DNA from: Callorhinchus milii
Lineage: Eukaryota
Direction: 5' to 3'
DNA length: 64,000 nucleotides
Assembly (NCBI RefSeq): GCF_018977255.1
Contig: NW_024704743.1
Location: 74,340,001-74,404,000 of the forward strand
Shown: positions 40,180 to 53,404 of the stretch, piece by piece
Numbering within the stretch: the stretch's first letter is position 1
How the letters are laid out: each line of letters opens with the position of its first letter
Notes under the pieces: generated by a model
What the model saw: only the letters and a program-made list of their open reading frames with translations
Told to the model about the DNA's origin: nothing
The model's database searches: none
Position numbers and translations under genes: made by a program

Positions 40180-41142
40180 TACAATACAAAATTACATTTG
40201 TACAGCCCCCTTCACTTCGGGAGGATGTCCCAAGACACTGGACAGTCAGGGAAGGCTTCAGAAGTGGTGGAGTTTGACACCAAGCTGGAGATAGGGGGGA
40301 GGCACAGTCAAAGAGGAAGATCTTTGGGTGTGATCTGAAGATGGGCAAGGAGAGGGTGATGCAGAAGGATTGAGGCAGAGTTCCAGGGTATACAGGCTGA
40401 AAGTATGGCTGCCGATAATGAAGCGGAGGGAACGAGGGACATGCATAAACTGTATTTGCCACATATCTGCTAATTCCCCAACCTACATGTGTCTTCGTGT
40501 AAACTCCAGCATTCTTCTGTAGTTTAACAAATCTAATTTGGTATCAATGTGGTCCTGTTTAGGGCTAAATCTATAATCAGTAAATGGTAAATAACTTAGG
40601 ACTGCTACAAATTATCCAAGTTGGAAACAAGGGCTACAAATGAATGAGAAAAATAACATCAAATTGCCAATTAATATTGAAGATGATTCAGTGTTTTCAT
40701 TAATATGTTTAATTAAACATGCTAATTTTAAGAATTTCATACACATTTTTTTTAAAAATCGATTTCAAGATCCTCTCACTCATCTATAAATCCCTTCGCA
40801 CCTTAGCACCTCCCTACCTTTCTGACCTGCTTCTTTCTCCCCATTCCTCACTGCCTCGACTCGGCTGCCTCTGGCCGCCTGCTTGTCCTCTGCTCCATCT
40901 GCAGCCACACTTTCAGCCACTATACCCCGATGCTTTGGCGTTCTCTGCCCCAATCCCTCCCCCAATCCCTCTGCCTTGCCCTCTCCTTTCCTTCTTAGAT
41001 TATGAGTGAAGACCTTCCTCTTCAACTGTGATTACGGTCACCTCCTCCCTCCCCTACGCTGAGAGCATCAGGATCTGCCACTTTTAAGAGCTCTGAGATT
41101 CTTCCCTGCGTGAAGGGCACTATACAAATGCAAGTTGTTGTA
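40180..41142. mobile_element. Two L2 3' fragments: about 40180-40445 (-) and about 40758-41142 (+)
   Basis: IDFKILSLIYKSL..LAPPYLSDLL and the tail motifs. Confidence 0.7.
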
Positions 41143-42124
41143 ATTTATTAGCTGCAAGAATTTTAAAGTAGGCTTGGCATGCTATTTTTAAACTGCTTAT
41201 TGTATGACTGTAAAGTGCCTGGAATAGTAAGGATGCTTCCACTTTCAGAACTACCACAGTAGTGCTAATAGTTTTACAATGAATTTGTGTTTTTTGTATT
41301 ATCTGTCCTAGCTATATAATTTAAATCTACCTCTGTTAAGTTACATTATTTTTGATTCAATTGGCTACTGTCCATCACTAAAATATTTGCCATTTGCAGA
41401 AAGAAAGCGAGCTGTTGAAACACTACTACATTTATTAATAAGAGTTGGTTTGTTAAGCCACAGTAAGGGCATTGCTACTAAGGAAGTCGTGTCACCTGAA
41501 AGAATGTGCACTTCAAGCTCATGGAAGATATGGTCTGCTTAAGTGAGCTGTGAGTACATAATACTTTCAAGGGTTGAAGAACATCTTTACCAATTATAAC
41601 TGTCAGTGAATCAGAGTGCGTTATTTAAATCTGTTACATTAGGCTACAACATATTCCACTCCTCAAAAATCTTTTACAGTTAGAAAAATATTTCCACTCT
41701 ATTGCAAAACTACAATTTATAGTAATCAGAGGTCCTAGAGTCCTGATAAATTACCTCAAACATGTCAGCAAAGCTGCTTTGTTTGTCTGATGTCACCCAA
41801 TTTGGTGTTTTCAGTTAACAAGTGCAACTCTCTCCAAACCCAAACAGAAGGACAGATAAGGAAAAAAAGAGCTATCTTCATTCTTTGAGTAGAATCCCAT
41901 CCTTTGCACATTGAACACCTAGAACTGGATTGCTATAGATTTTCGAAAAAGGACTGTTACCGCTTCAAAAACTGCATCCTTGTAAATTACACAACATTCA
42001 TTCTGACAAATGCAATACACAACACCTAGAATATACCAATCTTCCTTCGCTGACCATGTTCTCAGACTTTCACCATGGAGTATTTTGGAGACAATGGAGT
42101 CAAACGTTAGATAAATAGACTTAC

Positions 42125-42180
42125 CACCAACACTTTAAGGACTAAATGATTCTGATGAGAAGACTCAAGTCTGTGGTTTT
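42125..42180 (-). CDS. ANO10: ANO10 coding exon 6 (ENHRLESSHQNHLVLKVLV)
   Basis: 56 bp, CAG/GT boundaries, phase 1-0, ENHR motif. Confidence 0.93.
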
Positions 42181-43918
42181 CTGGAACACAAAAATGTACA
42201 AGAATTAATGACTAAAAGTCAAATTGTAAACAAATTCTTAAAAAAAATGTACATTTCTTTCTAAAGAGAAAATTGATTTTTTCTTATTTCAATACTAAAT
42301 AATCCTTTCACCAGCACCAAGCAATGGTAAGATTCTCCAGCTAGACCACCCTAGCATTGTGGAATTCAGCCTTCAGGACACATCTACAAATCAAAATCCA
42401 ATTGATCTTCCAGGTGAACTATTAGCATTGGAGTTAATTATACTTCATATATTTAGGTCATGGCTCCAACACACTCCCGATAGGTCCTTCAAACACACAA
42501 CACCACACCTACAGGATAACACCTCTGACAATTCAACATTGCCCCAACACACTGCGGACTCACAGCAAGTCTGATGCACAAAATGTCTCAGAAAAGCTGC
42601 ACTGTCAGATGTACCATCATTCGGATTAGATGTTAAACCAAGGTCCATCTGCCTGTTCAGGCGGATGTTAAAGATCCCATGATACTTCGAAAAGAGAAGG
42701 GAGTTTCTCCTGGTGTTCAGCCAACAATCCCCCAAATAAAACTGGTCACTCATTCCGTGGCTGTTTGTGGACTTCTCTGTGCACAAACTGGCCAGGCTTT
42801 GCCCACAAAATACAATCAATAAGCACTTTAAGTTATCTCAACAATGCGATAAGGCTCTATATCAAATGCAAGGATTATTATATCATCTTCCCACTCTGTC
42901 AACTCCTCTAACCTGCTATTTGTGTTCCTTTAATCTTCTGCTTTCCTCTTCAATTTGCCATGCCAACTAATTTGGTATCATTAGCTAACTGGGAACACTT
43001 TGCCGACTATGCCCAGGACAAAAATCATATAAGTTATGGAAAATGAGAGTCCCTCGAATAGAAACTTAGGCCCTTCAACGTAACATTCTTTCATCAGCGG
43101 CAGTGAAATCTAAACTCTTAATTCAGAACTAAGAGGAAAATAAGCAGGATGAAGTGGTAAATTTTAAGGTGACAGATAGAGTTGAAATGGAGGAGTATAG
43201 AGGGAGTTCCAGGTTAGGGTCTTAAAATCTGAAAGCTCCATCGCTGATGAAGGCAGAGGATGTGCAGCAAGTGGAACAGAGCAGCTGGGTAAGAGAAGCT
43301 CAGAGATATTGAATTACTAAGGCATGAAGGGATTTAAAGAAGACCCAGCTTGGTCTGAAATGCTGTACTCTGTCCAGCGCCTTGGGACATCCTCCCGATG
43401 TGAAAGGTGCTATACAAATGTAATATTGTTGTTGTTGTTGTTGAGGATCTTGAAATCGTTCCCATGAGAGAGAATGACACCTGGAGTGATGGACTTGCAC
43501 AGTTGCAGGCAAGAATGTGGGTAACGGAACGAACCAAAGCCAAGGTTGCTCACTGGTGAGGAGACGTTGACAGGAGGATTGCTTCCTTCTTGTCTATATT
43601 TAGTTGCAGGAAATTGAGCTCAGTTTGCTGATTCTCTACCTTTGTATTTGCAGCCCTATCCTCTTCCCTACATTCTTCACTCATCCAATTCTAGCTTGTT
43701 GCTTCCCTCCATCAGTGACCAAACTATCAGTACCGTTCCCCCACTCTCTCGGAATGCAGAGGAGCTACCCTTCATATAAAATCATTATTGGACTATCACA
43801 TGGGTATGATAGAGACACAGGAATTTCTAAATGTCCATTTAGAAAACACTCATATGTTGGAGAATAAAAAAAGTAGCCGTAAACTCTAAGTAAGATTTCA
43901 CATCTGGCTTGTACTTAC

Positions 43919-44488
43919 CCCATGAAGTTAAATATTCTGCAACATATCTGTAGATACGATTCATAATCTCAATAACAACAGCATACAATATACTGGGGCC
44001 ATAGAGCATGAAAGCACTGATGCTCGTTTGTTCCTCTTGATGAAAGGCCAGAGCCCAGTTCTCCATACGAAAGTAGATCATCATAACATGCAATGAAAAG
44101 TAGAGACATAAGCAAACAAATGGTACGGAAACAAAGTAGATACGAAGCTGTCTCTTATAAGTAGGATACGTGGGCTCTTTTCTGCCAGTCGCTGGATTTA
44201 TTCCCAACTTTCCATGAAAGCCAGGTCGTGGTTCTTCAAATTTCCTCTTCTTTACTAGCGTTCCCCATTTATATGACAGTTTGGCACAGCCACGCTTCCA
44301 AAATTCAAGAACGATGGTCGACCATATGAGGTTGAAAGAAGCAAACAGTACATATTTGTCATAATCTTCCCAGGTAAATAAATAGTAAGGCATGCCAATT
44401 AAGGCGATGGGAAATAAAGCAACTGTTAAGTACTCGAGAAAAGCAAAGTACAATCCAATTGAATCTCCAAAGTAGTGCTGGATGCTAT
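43919..44488 (-). CDS. ANO10: ANO10 coding exon 5 ([18 protein letters not shown]...WEDYDKY...FEEPRPGF...YLTSW)
   Basis: 570 bp, AG/GTAAGT, lies within ORF 43839..44549. Contains the anoctamin YFG..I.LYF motif and several transmembrane segments. Confidence 0.97.
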
Positions 44489-44744
44489 CTGTGAGAAAAA
44501 AAAGAATAAAATTTATGGTAGAAAAATAATTAAAATGCAGATATATCACAATTTTATCATATAAGTTTTTTAAAAACTGCTAATAGAGACCATAGCTTGT
44601 ACTTAAGGTGATAAATGAAGTAATTTTCCAATCTTAATGCATTCCTACAGATACAAAATTGCTACTACTTGCTCTATGCTGTCAAAATATTCATAGTAAT
44701 ATAGGAACTGGAGGTAGCCATTGAATCCATTTGGTTTTATTCGG

Positions 44745-45320
44745 TTACACAGGTAGATAAGGCTATAAAAAGGCTGATAACGTTTTTGGACTTATGTCCA
44801 GAGAGATAGATTATAAAAGTGAGGAGGTGATGTTGAATTTATACAAAACCTTCGTAAGACCACATTTGGGTATTGTGTCCAATTCTTATCTCACACAAGA
44901 AGGATATAGCAATGATAAGAGTACAGCGTAAGTCTACGAGGTTAATACCAGAGCTGGAACATTACAGCTATCAGAATAGACTGGATAGGTTAGGCCTTTA
45001 TTGCTAGAGATTAAATGTTTAAAGAAGGACCTAATAAAAGTGTTTAAAATTGTCAAAAGATTTGATATCGAGCAACCAGGGGATCTAAAAGAGAATTTAT
45101 GAGGAACTCAGAGGTCAGTGAGATTGTGGAACCGACTCCCTGAAGAGGTGGTTGAATCAGGTATTATAGATACATTTAAGAGGAAGCTAGTCCTTTGCAT
45201 GAGAGAAGAGGGGAATAGAAGGGTATGGGAGGGAATAAAGATTGGGTGGAGACTCATGTGGAGTATAAACACACATTGTTGAGCTGAGTGCCCTGTTTCC
45301 ATGCTGTACATTCTTTGCAA
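44745..45320 (+). mobile_element. Old CR1 3' fragment
   Basis: Degenerate homology to 24930-25600. Confidence 0.7.
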
Positions 45321-45857
45321 GCCTTGAACATTGCAACTCTACATTTGTAATGCTATTTTCCTGCTCCATTTACATTAATACCCCCTTGCTTTTCAAGTAT
45401 CTATCTTTCCTAAACACCTCAACTGAACCTTGTTGATGCTGCTAATGTCTATGTGAATATTTCTAGTCCTGCAGACAGTGCATCATCTTGGAACCTTCCT
45501 TACCAGATTAGAATAGTATAACCACCAAGAACAGTAACTGATTAATTCATATTGGAGCAAGTTTAAATTACTACCTCCTAGATTTTGCCACACTTCAAAA
45601 ATTATTGGAATCACATTTTAGTTACAAATACCACTTTTTTTTCCTAAAACATTAGTGAAGCTAGTTCCTCTGCTCGACAGATTGGCCTATATAGTTGGAA
45701 TATACAGAACTGGCAAGATATTAAGGAGCAACTAGTAAGTTGTACGTGGATCTGTACATGTATGGAGAAGGAAGTAATTGGCAGTGTGACTGGTTGGTTC
45801 CTATTCCCACTCCTGAACAGCTTTTAATTGCATTGAAAAACACAGGGTTTAACTTAC

Positions 45858-45977
45858 CAATAGGTAAAAAGGCAGGTTTTATCCGACCATACCAGTTTAA
45901 GGTGAGCTTTTTCAGTTCTCCTCTATTGTGCAAGGGGAAGTACTGGATTAGAATTCCACTGGTCTGCAACCGTCGGA
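45858..45977 (-). CDS. ANO10: ANO10 coding exon 4 (RRLQTSGILIQYFPLHNRGELKKLTLNWYGRIKPAFLPI)
   Basis: 120 bp, AG/GTAAGT, anoctamin FPLH motif. Confidence 0.95.
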
Positions 45978-46397
45978 CTAAAATGAAAGAAATTGCTTTT
46001 ATCAACAACTTGCATCTATTATTTAGTAAGTCATAGGAATATTTATAGTATCTGAAAACTAGAAAGTAAAATTTGTCTTGCTATTAGATCCTAGTATATA
46101 TGCACATCAAGTTACTACATTCGGGATTTTCCACCTCTAATTAAAATCCTTTATTTGGGGACAAATAATCATGTAATCAATGTTAAATGATTCAGTGATA
46201 ATTTTACAGGTTCATCTATGACAGTGGCCCTGTTAATTTATTGCAGATTCATGGAAATGAGATAGGAGGTACTCTGTGTAAACTCACAAATCAACTACAT
46301 TATCTCTCCTTTCTGGTGGCCATACTAGCAATCACTCTACTAACTTTTCATTATTCCTGCTCTTTTAATCTTACACTAAAGACAATTTATAACTTAC

Positions 46398-46532
46398 AGA
46401 TCGATTTTCCAGGATAAAGCTTTGCTTGTGCATATCCTGGGATCATTGTTTCGTCTATTGCTCTAAGATTTTCTAATTCACGTTTGATGATATACTGACA
46501 CTCTGCCATTGTCAGAAAATCTTCATTGTCAT
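46398..46532 (-). CDS. ANO10: ANO10 coding exon 3 ([45 protein letters not shown])
   Basis: 135 bp, AG/GTAAGT, translated by hand (not in the ORF track), in phase with its neighbours. Confidence 0.95.
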
Positions 46533-46894
46533 CTAAAAACCAAAGCAAGATAGTTCATTATGTTAATAATAGTTACCACATATCATGATCATGTCAAAGT
46601 AACACATTCAGCATTTTCTATGCTCTGAAACTCATTAGTCCATTTCTATATTCTATATTCGGCGCCTTGGGACGTCCTCCCGACGTGAAAGGCGCTCAAT
46701 AAATGGAATCTTGTTGTTGTTGTTGTATATTTATAGGGCAAAAAGTCAGCAGATCTAATATTTTGTCTTTAGTTATTTCGACACCAAAAAAAATGTGAAG
46801 AAGAATTTCTTGAAAGAAAAGAACTGATAAAGTGTTATAACACATGTAGAGTAGTAGCTGGGAATAAGTTACAGGCAATAATTCAACCCAGCTC

Positions 46895-47520
46895 CAACCA
46901 ACCCTTCCTCTCCAAGGCACTTCCCTTTTTCTTCTCCTCCCAGCACTCCCTCCTTGAACCCCTACAGTCCGGTTTCTGCTCCGCCACAACACTGAGACTG
47001 CCCAGGTCAAGGTGACCAAGCAATTCTCTCCATCTGCAATCAGACCTTTCTGCCTTCTTGACCTCTCTGTCACTTAAGACACAATCAACGTCTCCATCTT
47101 ACTCCACCATCTCTTCTCACTGCTTCACCTTCTCAGTTCCGTCTTGCCCTGGTTTCACTCCTACCTATCCCAGTGCATTCACTTCATCTTTTCTAATAAT
47201 GTTTCTACTCTCACTCAGTCATGTGCTATGTTGCTCAGGGCTCTATTCTTCATCCTCTTCACTTACAATCAATATGCCCCCACTTGGTGACATTAGCTGC
47301 AGACATGGGTTTCATTTCCACATGTTTGCAAATGACCTGCCCCCGCCTTCCCTTTCGTTCTCTCCATCTACCCTAGATCCAGAAACACTAGAGACTCCAG
47401 AAACACTGTTCATTACTGACGGACATCAAGTCCTGGATGAGCTCTCAGTTTCTTCAGTAGAATATCAACAAAACAAATGTTCTCCTTCTTGGCTCCTATT
47501 GTAGGTCAATGCGGAGCCTT
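46895..47520 (+). mobile_element. Degenerate L2 RT fragment
   Basis: cacaacactgagactgcc..gtcaaggtgacc (HSTETAL.KVT-like) and FHMFAND. Confidence 0.7.
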
Positions 47521-47538
47521 CCGATCCCATCATCCCAT

Positions 47539-47857
47539 TGGAGTCCTGTAGCTCAGTGGTTAGAGCACTCGCTTTGCAAGTGAGAGACCTGAGTTCAATT
47601 CCAGGCAGAGCGAAACCTTGGGCAAATTTCCTTACTCCACACAGAGCCTAATAATAATCCCTCCAAAACCAAAAACAATAATAAATTGGTCATTTTCAAT
47701 CTACGACTGTTTGTGGGACATTGCTGTGCGCAATTGGCTGCCGCGTTCGCCCACAAATATACAGTCAATTCACTTTACAGTGTGTTCTGTGAAGCGCTTT
47801 GGGACGTCCTCCCGACGTGAAAAGCGCTATATCAAATGCAAGGATTATTACTATTAT
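47539..47857 (+). mobile_element. Full-length young tRNA-Ala SINE
   Basis: Near-identical to the copy at 14486. Confidence 0.93.
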
Positions 47858-48327
47858 AACCTGCATGGATGCTCACGATGCCTCACGAAGGGAGTGCAGA
47901 TCTCATCGTCTTTTCCAACAACAACTGTCTTTCAAGCCTTATATCTGGACTCTCAATCACTCAACTTTCCCTTACCTCACATTATTTGAGCCTAATAAGT
48001 TTGTTTACCAGAAGAATTCATATCTTGAATTCAATGTTTTTTTTAAAGTCTTCATAATTCAATTGATCAATTTTTCAAAAAATCATTAACTCATTTCAAC
48101 AATTAACGCTTGAAAATGACTTTCCTGTAATGCCATTGCTTTAAAATATTACAGTGTAGGGTTTTATCATTAAGAAGTGAAAGGTCAATAACATTGGCTG
48201 GATGTAAAATATTGTGCATGCTTTAATATTCATTACTATGAAAGTACATAATTATCCTTTGAAACATTTGAACTACAAGCTCTAGTAAACTTAAACAACT
48301 AAATGGAACAAATTCTAGTAAACTTAC

Positions 48328-48516
48328 CTGTAAATTCTTTGTATTGTTCTTTGTTTAGGTAAGTAAAAGCTCTCATTGAGCCATCTTGATACTCCTTCAC
48401 TAAACATACAGCTTCGGCTCCCAGCAATAGCCTTCTCCATGATGCTCCAATAATATACATGTTGTGGGTTTTAAGACCATCATCCATTTCGAGTGGTTTG
48501 ATATACAATTGAGCAC
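48328..48516 (-). CDS. ANO10: ANO10 coding exon 2 (GAQLYIKPL...GASWRRLLLGAEAVCLVKEY...MRAFTY)
   Basis: 189 bp, AG/GTAAGT boundaries, phase 1-1, contains the LLGAEAV.LVKE..D.SMRAFTY motif. Confidence 0.95.
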
Positions 48517-48632
48517 CTTTAACAAGGATACATAAACATTTTTGGTACTGTAGTTAGATAGCTCAAATAGACAAACCACCATTACTGTCATCACTGCAAA
48601 TAAGATGTCAGGTGATTTTGACTAACTTTACG

Positions 48633-49105
48633 ACAACAACAACTTGCATTTATATAGCACCCCTCACGCCGAGCAGTGTCCCAGAGCGTTTGACAGTGTC
48701 GGAGCACCACACCGAGCCAGGGGCACAGTTGAATAGGAAGGTTTTCAGGCGCGACCTGAAGATGGGTTAGGAAGGGACAAGGCGGAGGGACAGAGGAAGA
48801 GTGTTCCAGTGGAGGGCATGAGGGATATGCAGAAGGCCGAAGCCAGTCGAGCGGAGGCAGAGGGTTGTGGGTTGGGGGTAAGCAGGTCGGAGAGGTAGGG
48901 AGGTGCCAGGGTATGAAGGGATTTGAAAACGAGTGTGAGGATCTTGACATCAATCCATTTGGTGATAAGGAGCCAATGGACTCTGGCTAGTACTAGTGTG
49001 ATGGCAGTACGACATTTAGTACAGTTGAGTATGCGAGTGGCGGAGTTTTGGATCAGCTGGATCCTGTGTATGGTGCAGCTGGGGAGACCGGCAACGAGGG
49101 CAGTA
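48633..49105 (-). mobile_element. L2 3' fragment ending about 115 bp before the ANO10 exon acceptor at 48517
   Basis: Reverse complement of the same L2 family seen at 62940-63410. Confidence 0.8.
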
Positions 49106-50248
49106 TAATATATTTTACATGTTGATGGTTTCCAGTTTCATCAAAGTAGGTGAGCTGGTAGAGATGCGATATAGTATTGATGCTATACGCCATTTATATT
49201 TTTTGAAACAGCAAGGGTAAATTACCCATTCAAACTGTAGGCTCAGAATATTTCAATAATTTAATTCAATAATTTAAATCTCATGACTATTCCTACTAGA
49301 GCGGGATACTTTGGAATGCACTGTTTAAGAAGGATCTAAAAGAGAATTTAGGAAGAGGGTAGCAAGACTGTGGAACTCGCTGCCTGGAGCCGTGGTTGAA
49401 GCAGATAGTGTTGATGCATTTAAAAGGAAGCTATGAGAGAGAAGGGAATAAAAAGGTATGGGAGGTAAGGAGAGTGTGGAGACTCACTGGAACATGAACA
49501 CCAGCACAGACTGGTTGGACCGAATGGCCCATTTCTGTCTTGCACAATCTATGTAAATCCATGTAGGACTTATTTGTTAGGCCTCTAATTAACATTACAA
49601 AAAACAGTCCAATTGAGGAACTGAAACAACATCCAAATGTAGATATTCAAATATTTATAAGACTGGAAATAACCATTGGGTGCCTTCTGGCAATTTTTTT
49701 AAATAAAGGTACCACTGAATACAACTCTTGTAAATGTCAAATTAATCACCAGATCAATATCTAAATTTCTTATTGAAACTGCTGATATAATCCACCTCAA
49801 TGTCCTCCCTGTCACTCCAAGTGACCCGGTAAACAACCCCCCAGATAAAACAAATTGGTCGTTCACTTCATGGCTGTTTGTGGGATCTTGCTGGTGTAAT
49901 TGGATGCTGCGTTTGCCCACAAAGTCACTACACTCGACAGCCATATCTGGGAAATGCTTTGAGAGGTTGACATTAGGCACTATTAAGATGCATGTTCCAT
50001 TCTATGTTCATCCATTCCAATGTTATAGGCATCCTTCTTGGTAGCAGGATCATCTAACCACCCACCCTGCTTTCTCCTCTGCATCCTCTTTCTTTCTGAC
50101 ACTACAGTAGTTCTTTTGATGTATTACCAACACTAATAACTATCCCATGTTAAGAACAGGAGTGTTAACAATTAAAGATTTTGCCAGTAATATTGAGAAT
50201 TAACTTCCTTAGTGGACACAAAGTGTAATAGTAAAGCATCACACTCAC

Positions 50249-50387
50249 CGCCCACATTCTTTTTGTCTGTGATTCTTTGAATAAGCCATTCCTTGGTGTC
50301 TTTATGAGTGTCTTTGGCAAGCTCTAGAACCACCAGTGGTGTAAAAGTAAACTCAGCTTCTTGAGACACAGACCCCTTTCTATTCAT
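50249..50387 (-). CDS. ANO10: Anoctamin-10 (TMEM16K) coding exon 1 (gene exon 2; exon begins at 50401), MNRKGSVSQEAEFTFTPLVVLELAKDTHKDTKEWLIQRITDKKNVG
   Basis: FTPLVVLEL..D....KEWL matches the ANO10 N-terminus. Acceptor tttcag at 50402-50403, ACAATG start context, donor GTGAGT at 50248. 139 coding bp, phase 1. Confidence 0.95.
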
Positions 50388-51494
50388 TGTTACACCACTC
50401 TCTGAAACAGATAAAAAGATAATGGCATTACTGAAGGAGGAATGAACTTGTAGCATTTATAGTATATTAAACACAGAAACATATCATTCAGCCCATGAGG
50501 TCTACATTGGCCTTTCACTCCACATAAGCCACTTAGTCAAATCTTGTTCACTCCCTATCTACACTTTACCCTCCAGAAAGTGAATACCAGAGTTCAAAAA
50601 CAGATTTGACTGTTATTTGCACTCCATTATTTTCTACTGAAAACATTTCAGCAGTTTTGGGGTGGTCACTAAATGGGCCTATGGAATACTGAAGAAGGTC
50701 TGGGTGGATGCAGAAAAACAAATCATTAAGGCACAATCATCGGTTGAGATATTTTGATGACCGCAACATAATGGATGTCATCTTACATTGCCACTCCCCC
50801 CCGCCATAAAATGTAAAAAAGTACATCATAAACCCAATTGATTTTGAAGGCACAAATTACAAGTTCCAAAGGGTAGGGCTATGGTGTCTGGAGGCTTAGC
50901 TGTTTATAAAAGAACATTTTTCATCTCATAAGTATACTTATCCCAGCACTATGTACAGGATATCAGGATGAAGAAGAAAAGAATGAAGTGATCTCGCCTC
51001 TCCCTTGAGCCCGACTATCACAATCTCCCAAATTAAGGATAATCTTAATGAAAAGACATTTAAAAGGGAGGACCCTACTTGCTGTTCAAACTGCAAAAAG
51101 TTCTGATAATTCGTTATTCACAACAGATTCCCAACTGTTGCTTAACATACAACCATCTGAAATTACCTTTCAAGATGTTTAGTAAAAAACATTTATTCAT
51201 TTCTGTTCAATTCCACCTGATCATATTTGAATTTCTTTATGAATATTAACAAATACAAACACAATGAACTGTTATATTCAAAGACACTTTAAAAATAACA
51301 TCCAGTACTGGCCGTTAATGCAATTGTGCAAGTTTGAGACGTCAGAATTTTAAACTCAAAATTGCCTGAAACTCCATAAATTGGCTAAACCAGTTGATAA
51401 TTGCAATCAATCAAAAGTCATGATGTCATTACAATGTCTAATAAGTCTTAAAACAAATGATTTTTTTTAGATAATAGGGTAGATGTCCCTATTA

Positions 51495-51864
51495 TCCTGT
51501 AGCTCAGTTGTTAAAGAGCTTGCCTTGCAAGTGAGAGACTTTGGTTCGATTCCCAGCAGGGCAAAACGTTGGGCAAGTTTCCTTAGTCCACACGCCTCTG
51601 TTTACCCAGCAGTAAGCAGGAACCCGACTCTTAGTCGATTTGCGGATTGCTTTTCCGGGAGTAATAATTCCTTCAAAAAAAACTACTAATAATAAATTGG
51701 TCACTCAATTCCCGACTGTTTGTGGGACACTGCTGTGCACAGTTGGCTGCCACGTTTCACCCACAAAATATAGTCAATTCACTTTACAGCATATTCTGTC
51801 AAACGCTTTGATGTCGCGAAGACGTGATAAGGCGCTATATCAAATGCAAGTATTATTATTATTA
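51495..51864 (+). mobile_element. tRNA SINE, long variant
   Basis: Head, extra segment ctgtttacccagcagtaag..., core and tail. Confidence 0.85.
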
Positions 51865-52999
51865 TATCACAACATTGTGGTCACCCTCTATATATATATG
51901 TATGTTGACTAAAGTCTTTGATGAATATATACATGAGTTATATTGGAATGTATTAGGCACAGGTTGGCAAGAGCCAAAGCTTGGGGACCCCGAAGTGTGC
52001 GGACTTCCTCCTGACATGAAAGGCGCTATACGAATGTAATTTGTTGTTGTTGTTGTTGGGCTACTGCTGGAGTCTAACCAGCTTGCCATTGATATCGCTG
52101 TCTGGCAAGCTTCCCCACTTGCAGGGTTAACAGGAGCTGAGTGGGATGACTCCCTGCCAATTCAGCTCAATTCAGTTCAATTCAATTCAGTTAATTCAGC
52201 TCCAAGAGACCCCGCTTCCAACAATCTATCTCTTGAATTTCCACATGTAGGTGGGATGCCTAGAATTCTCAGTTTAATTTGGATACTCTTAAACATGATG
52301 ATGGGTTTCCGTATGTGTTTTTTTATTTTTTTATAGTATGGTTATTTAGCCTAGCCTTTGATTCCTATTCCTTAATATTTTAGGGTTGAATTAGTAATGT
52401 ATATTGCACCACAGGAATAGAAAGTGTAAATGGAAGAGTGACTTTTTATATAATGTATATATATATATAATTCTTGTATTTGATATAGTGCCTTATCATG
52501 TCTTCAAGATGTCTCAAAGCACTTCACAAAATAAATTGTAAAGTGTAGCGACTGTGTATTTTGTGGGCAAAACGCAGCAGCCAATTGCGCTCAGCAGTGT
52601 CCCCACAATCATAGTTTGAGTGACCAATTATTATTTTGAAGGAATTATTACCTCAGGGAAGAGATCCAGAATTTTTTACACCAGTAATTAAAATATTAGG
52701 GATAAGAAGGTTCATAAAAAGGATAAATTGAGCAACGTGAAATCCAAGCAGGATACCAAATTGCTCCAAGAATTCATGGCTGACAAACAGATATTGGAAA
52801 ATGTCAATTACAGACCTGGTTTATGTCGATACCAGGCATTGTATTTGTTCACCTACAAATACACAGTCACTACCACATGATTTGCATTTATACAGCACCT
52901 TGCACATCAAGAGGGCAACTCAAAGAGCTGATTGGAAACCCTAGCCCGGGGAAGGGAAGAAAATTGACTAAAAGTGCAGCAGAAGAGATGTCAAGGCAA

Positions 53000-53140
53000 A
53001 ACCAAACACAAAATACTGCAGATGCTGGAAATCCAAAACAAAATCAGAAGTTGCTGGGAACACTCAGCAGGTCAGGGCAGCATCTACAGAGAAAGGCAAG
53101 TGAGTCAACGTTTCGGGTCTACGACCCTTCGACAGAACCA
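53000..53140. mobile_element. Penelope-like terminal-repeat fragment carrying a degenerate hammerhead core; a more decayed opposite-orientation copy lies near 58090-58195
   Basis: aaaatactgcagatgctggaaatc...ctcagcaggtcagggcagcatc...aacgtttcgggtctacgacccttcgacag. Family assignment is from recall. Confidence 0.6.
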
Positions 53141-53154
53141 TTCTGACCGTCAGA

Positions 53155-53356
53155 TGATTCCCACTGTCAGTCAGTCAGTCTCCACTCCCACTGTCAGTCA
53201 TTCCCACTGTCAGTCAGTGATTCCCACTGTCAGTCAGTGATTCCCACTGTCAGTCAGTGATTCCCACTGTCAGTCAGTGATTCCCACTGTCAGTCAGTGA
53301 TTCCCACTGTCAGTCAGTGATTCCCACTGTCAGTCAGTGATTCCCACTGTCAGTGA
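53155..53356. repeat. 20-bp minisatellite (ttcccactgtcagtcagtga): 7 perfect units at 53201-53340 plus degenerate ends
   Basis: Directly visible in the sequence. Confidence 0.97.
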
Positions 53357-53404
53357 CTGTCGCTCTGCCATCCAGATATAACCAGGTCGGTTTGGTTTGT
53401 GTGT

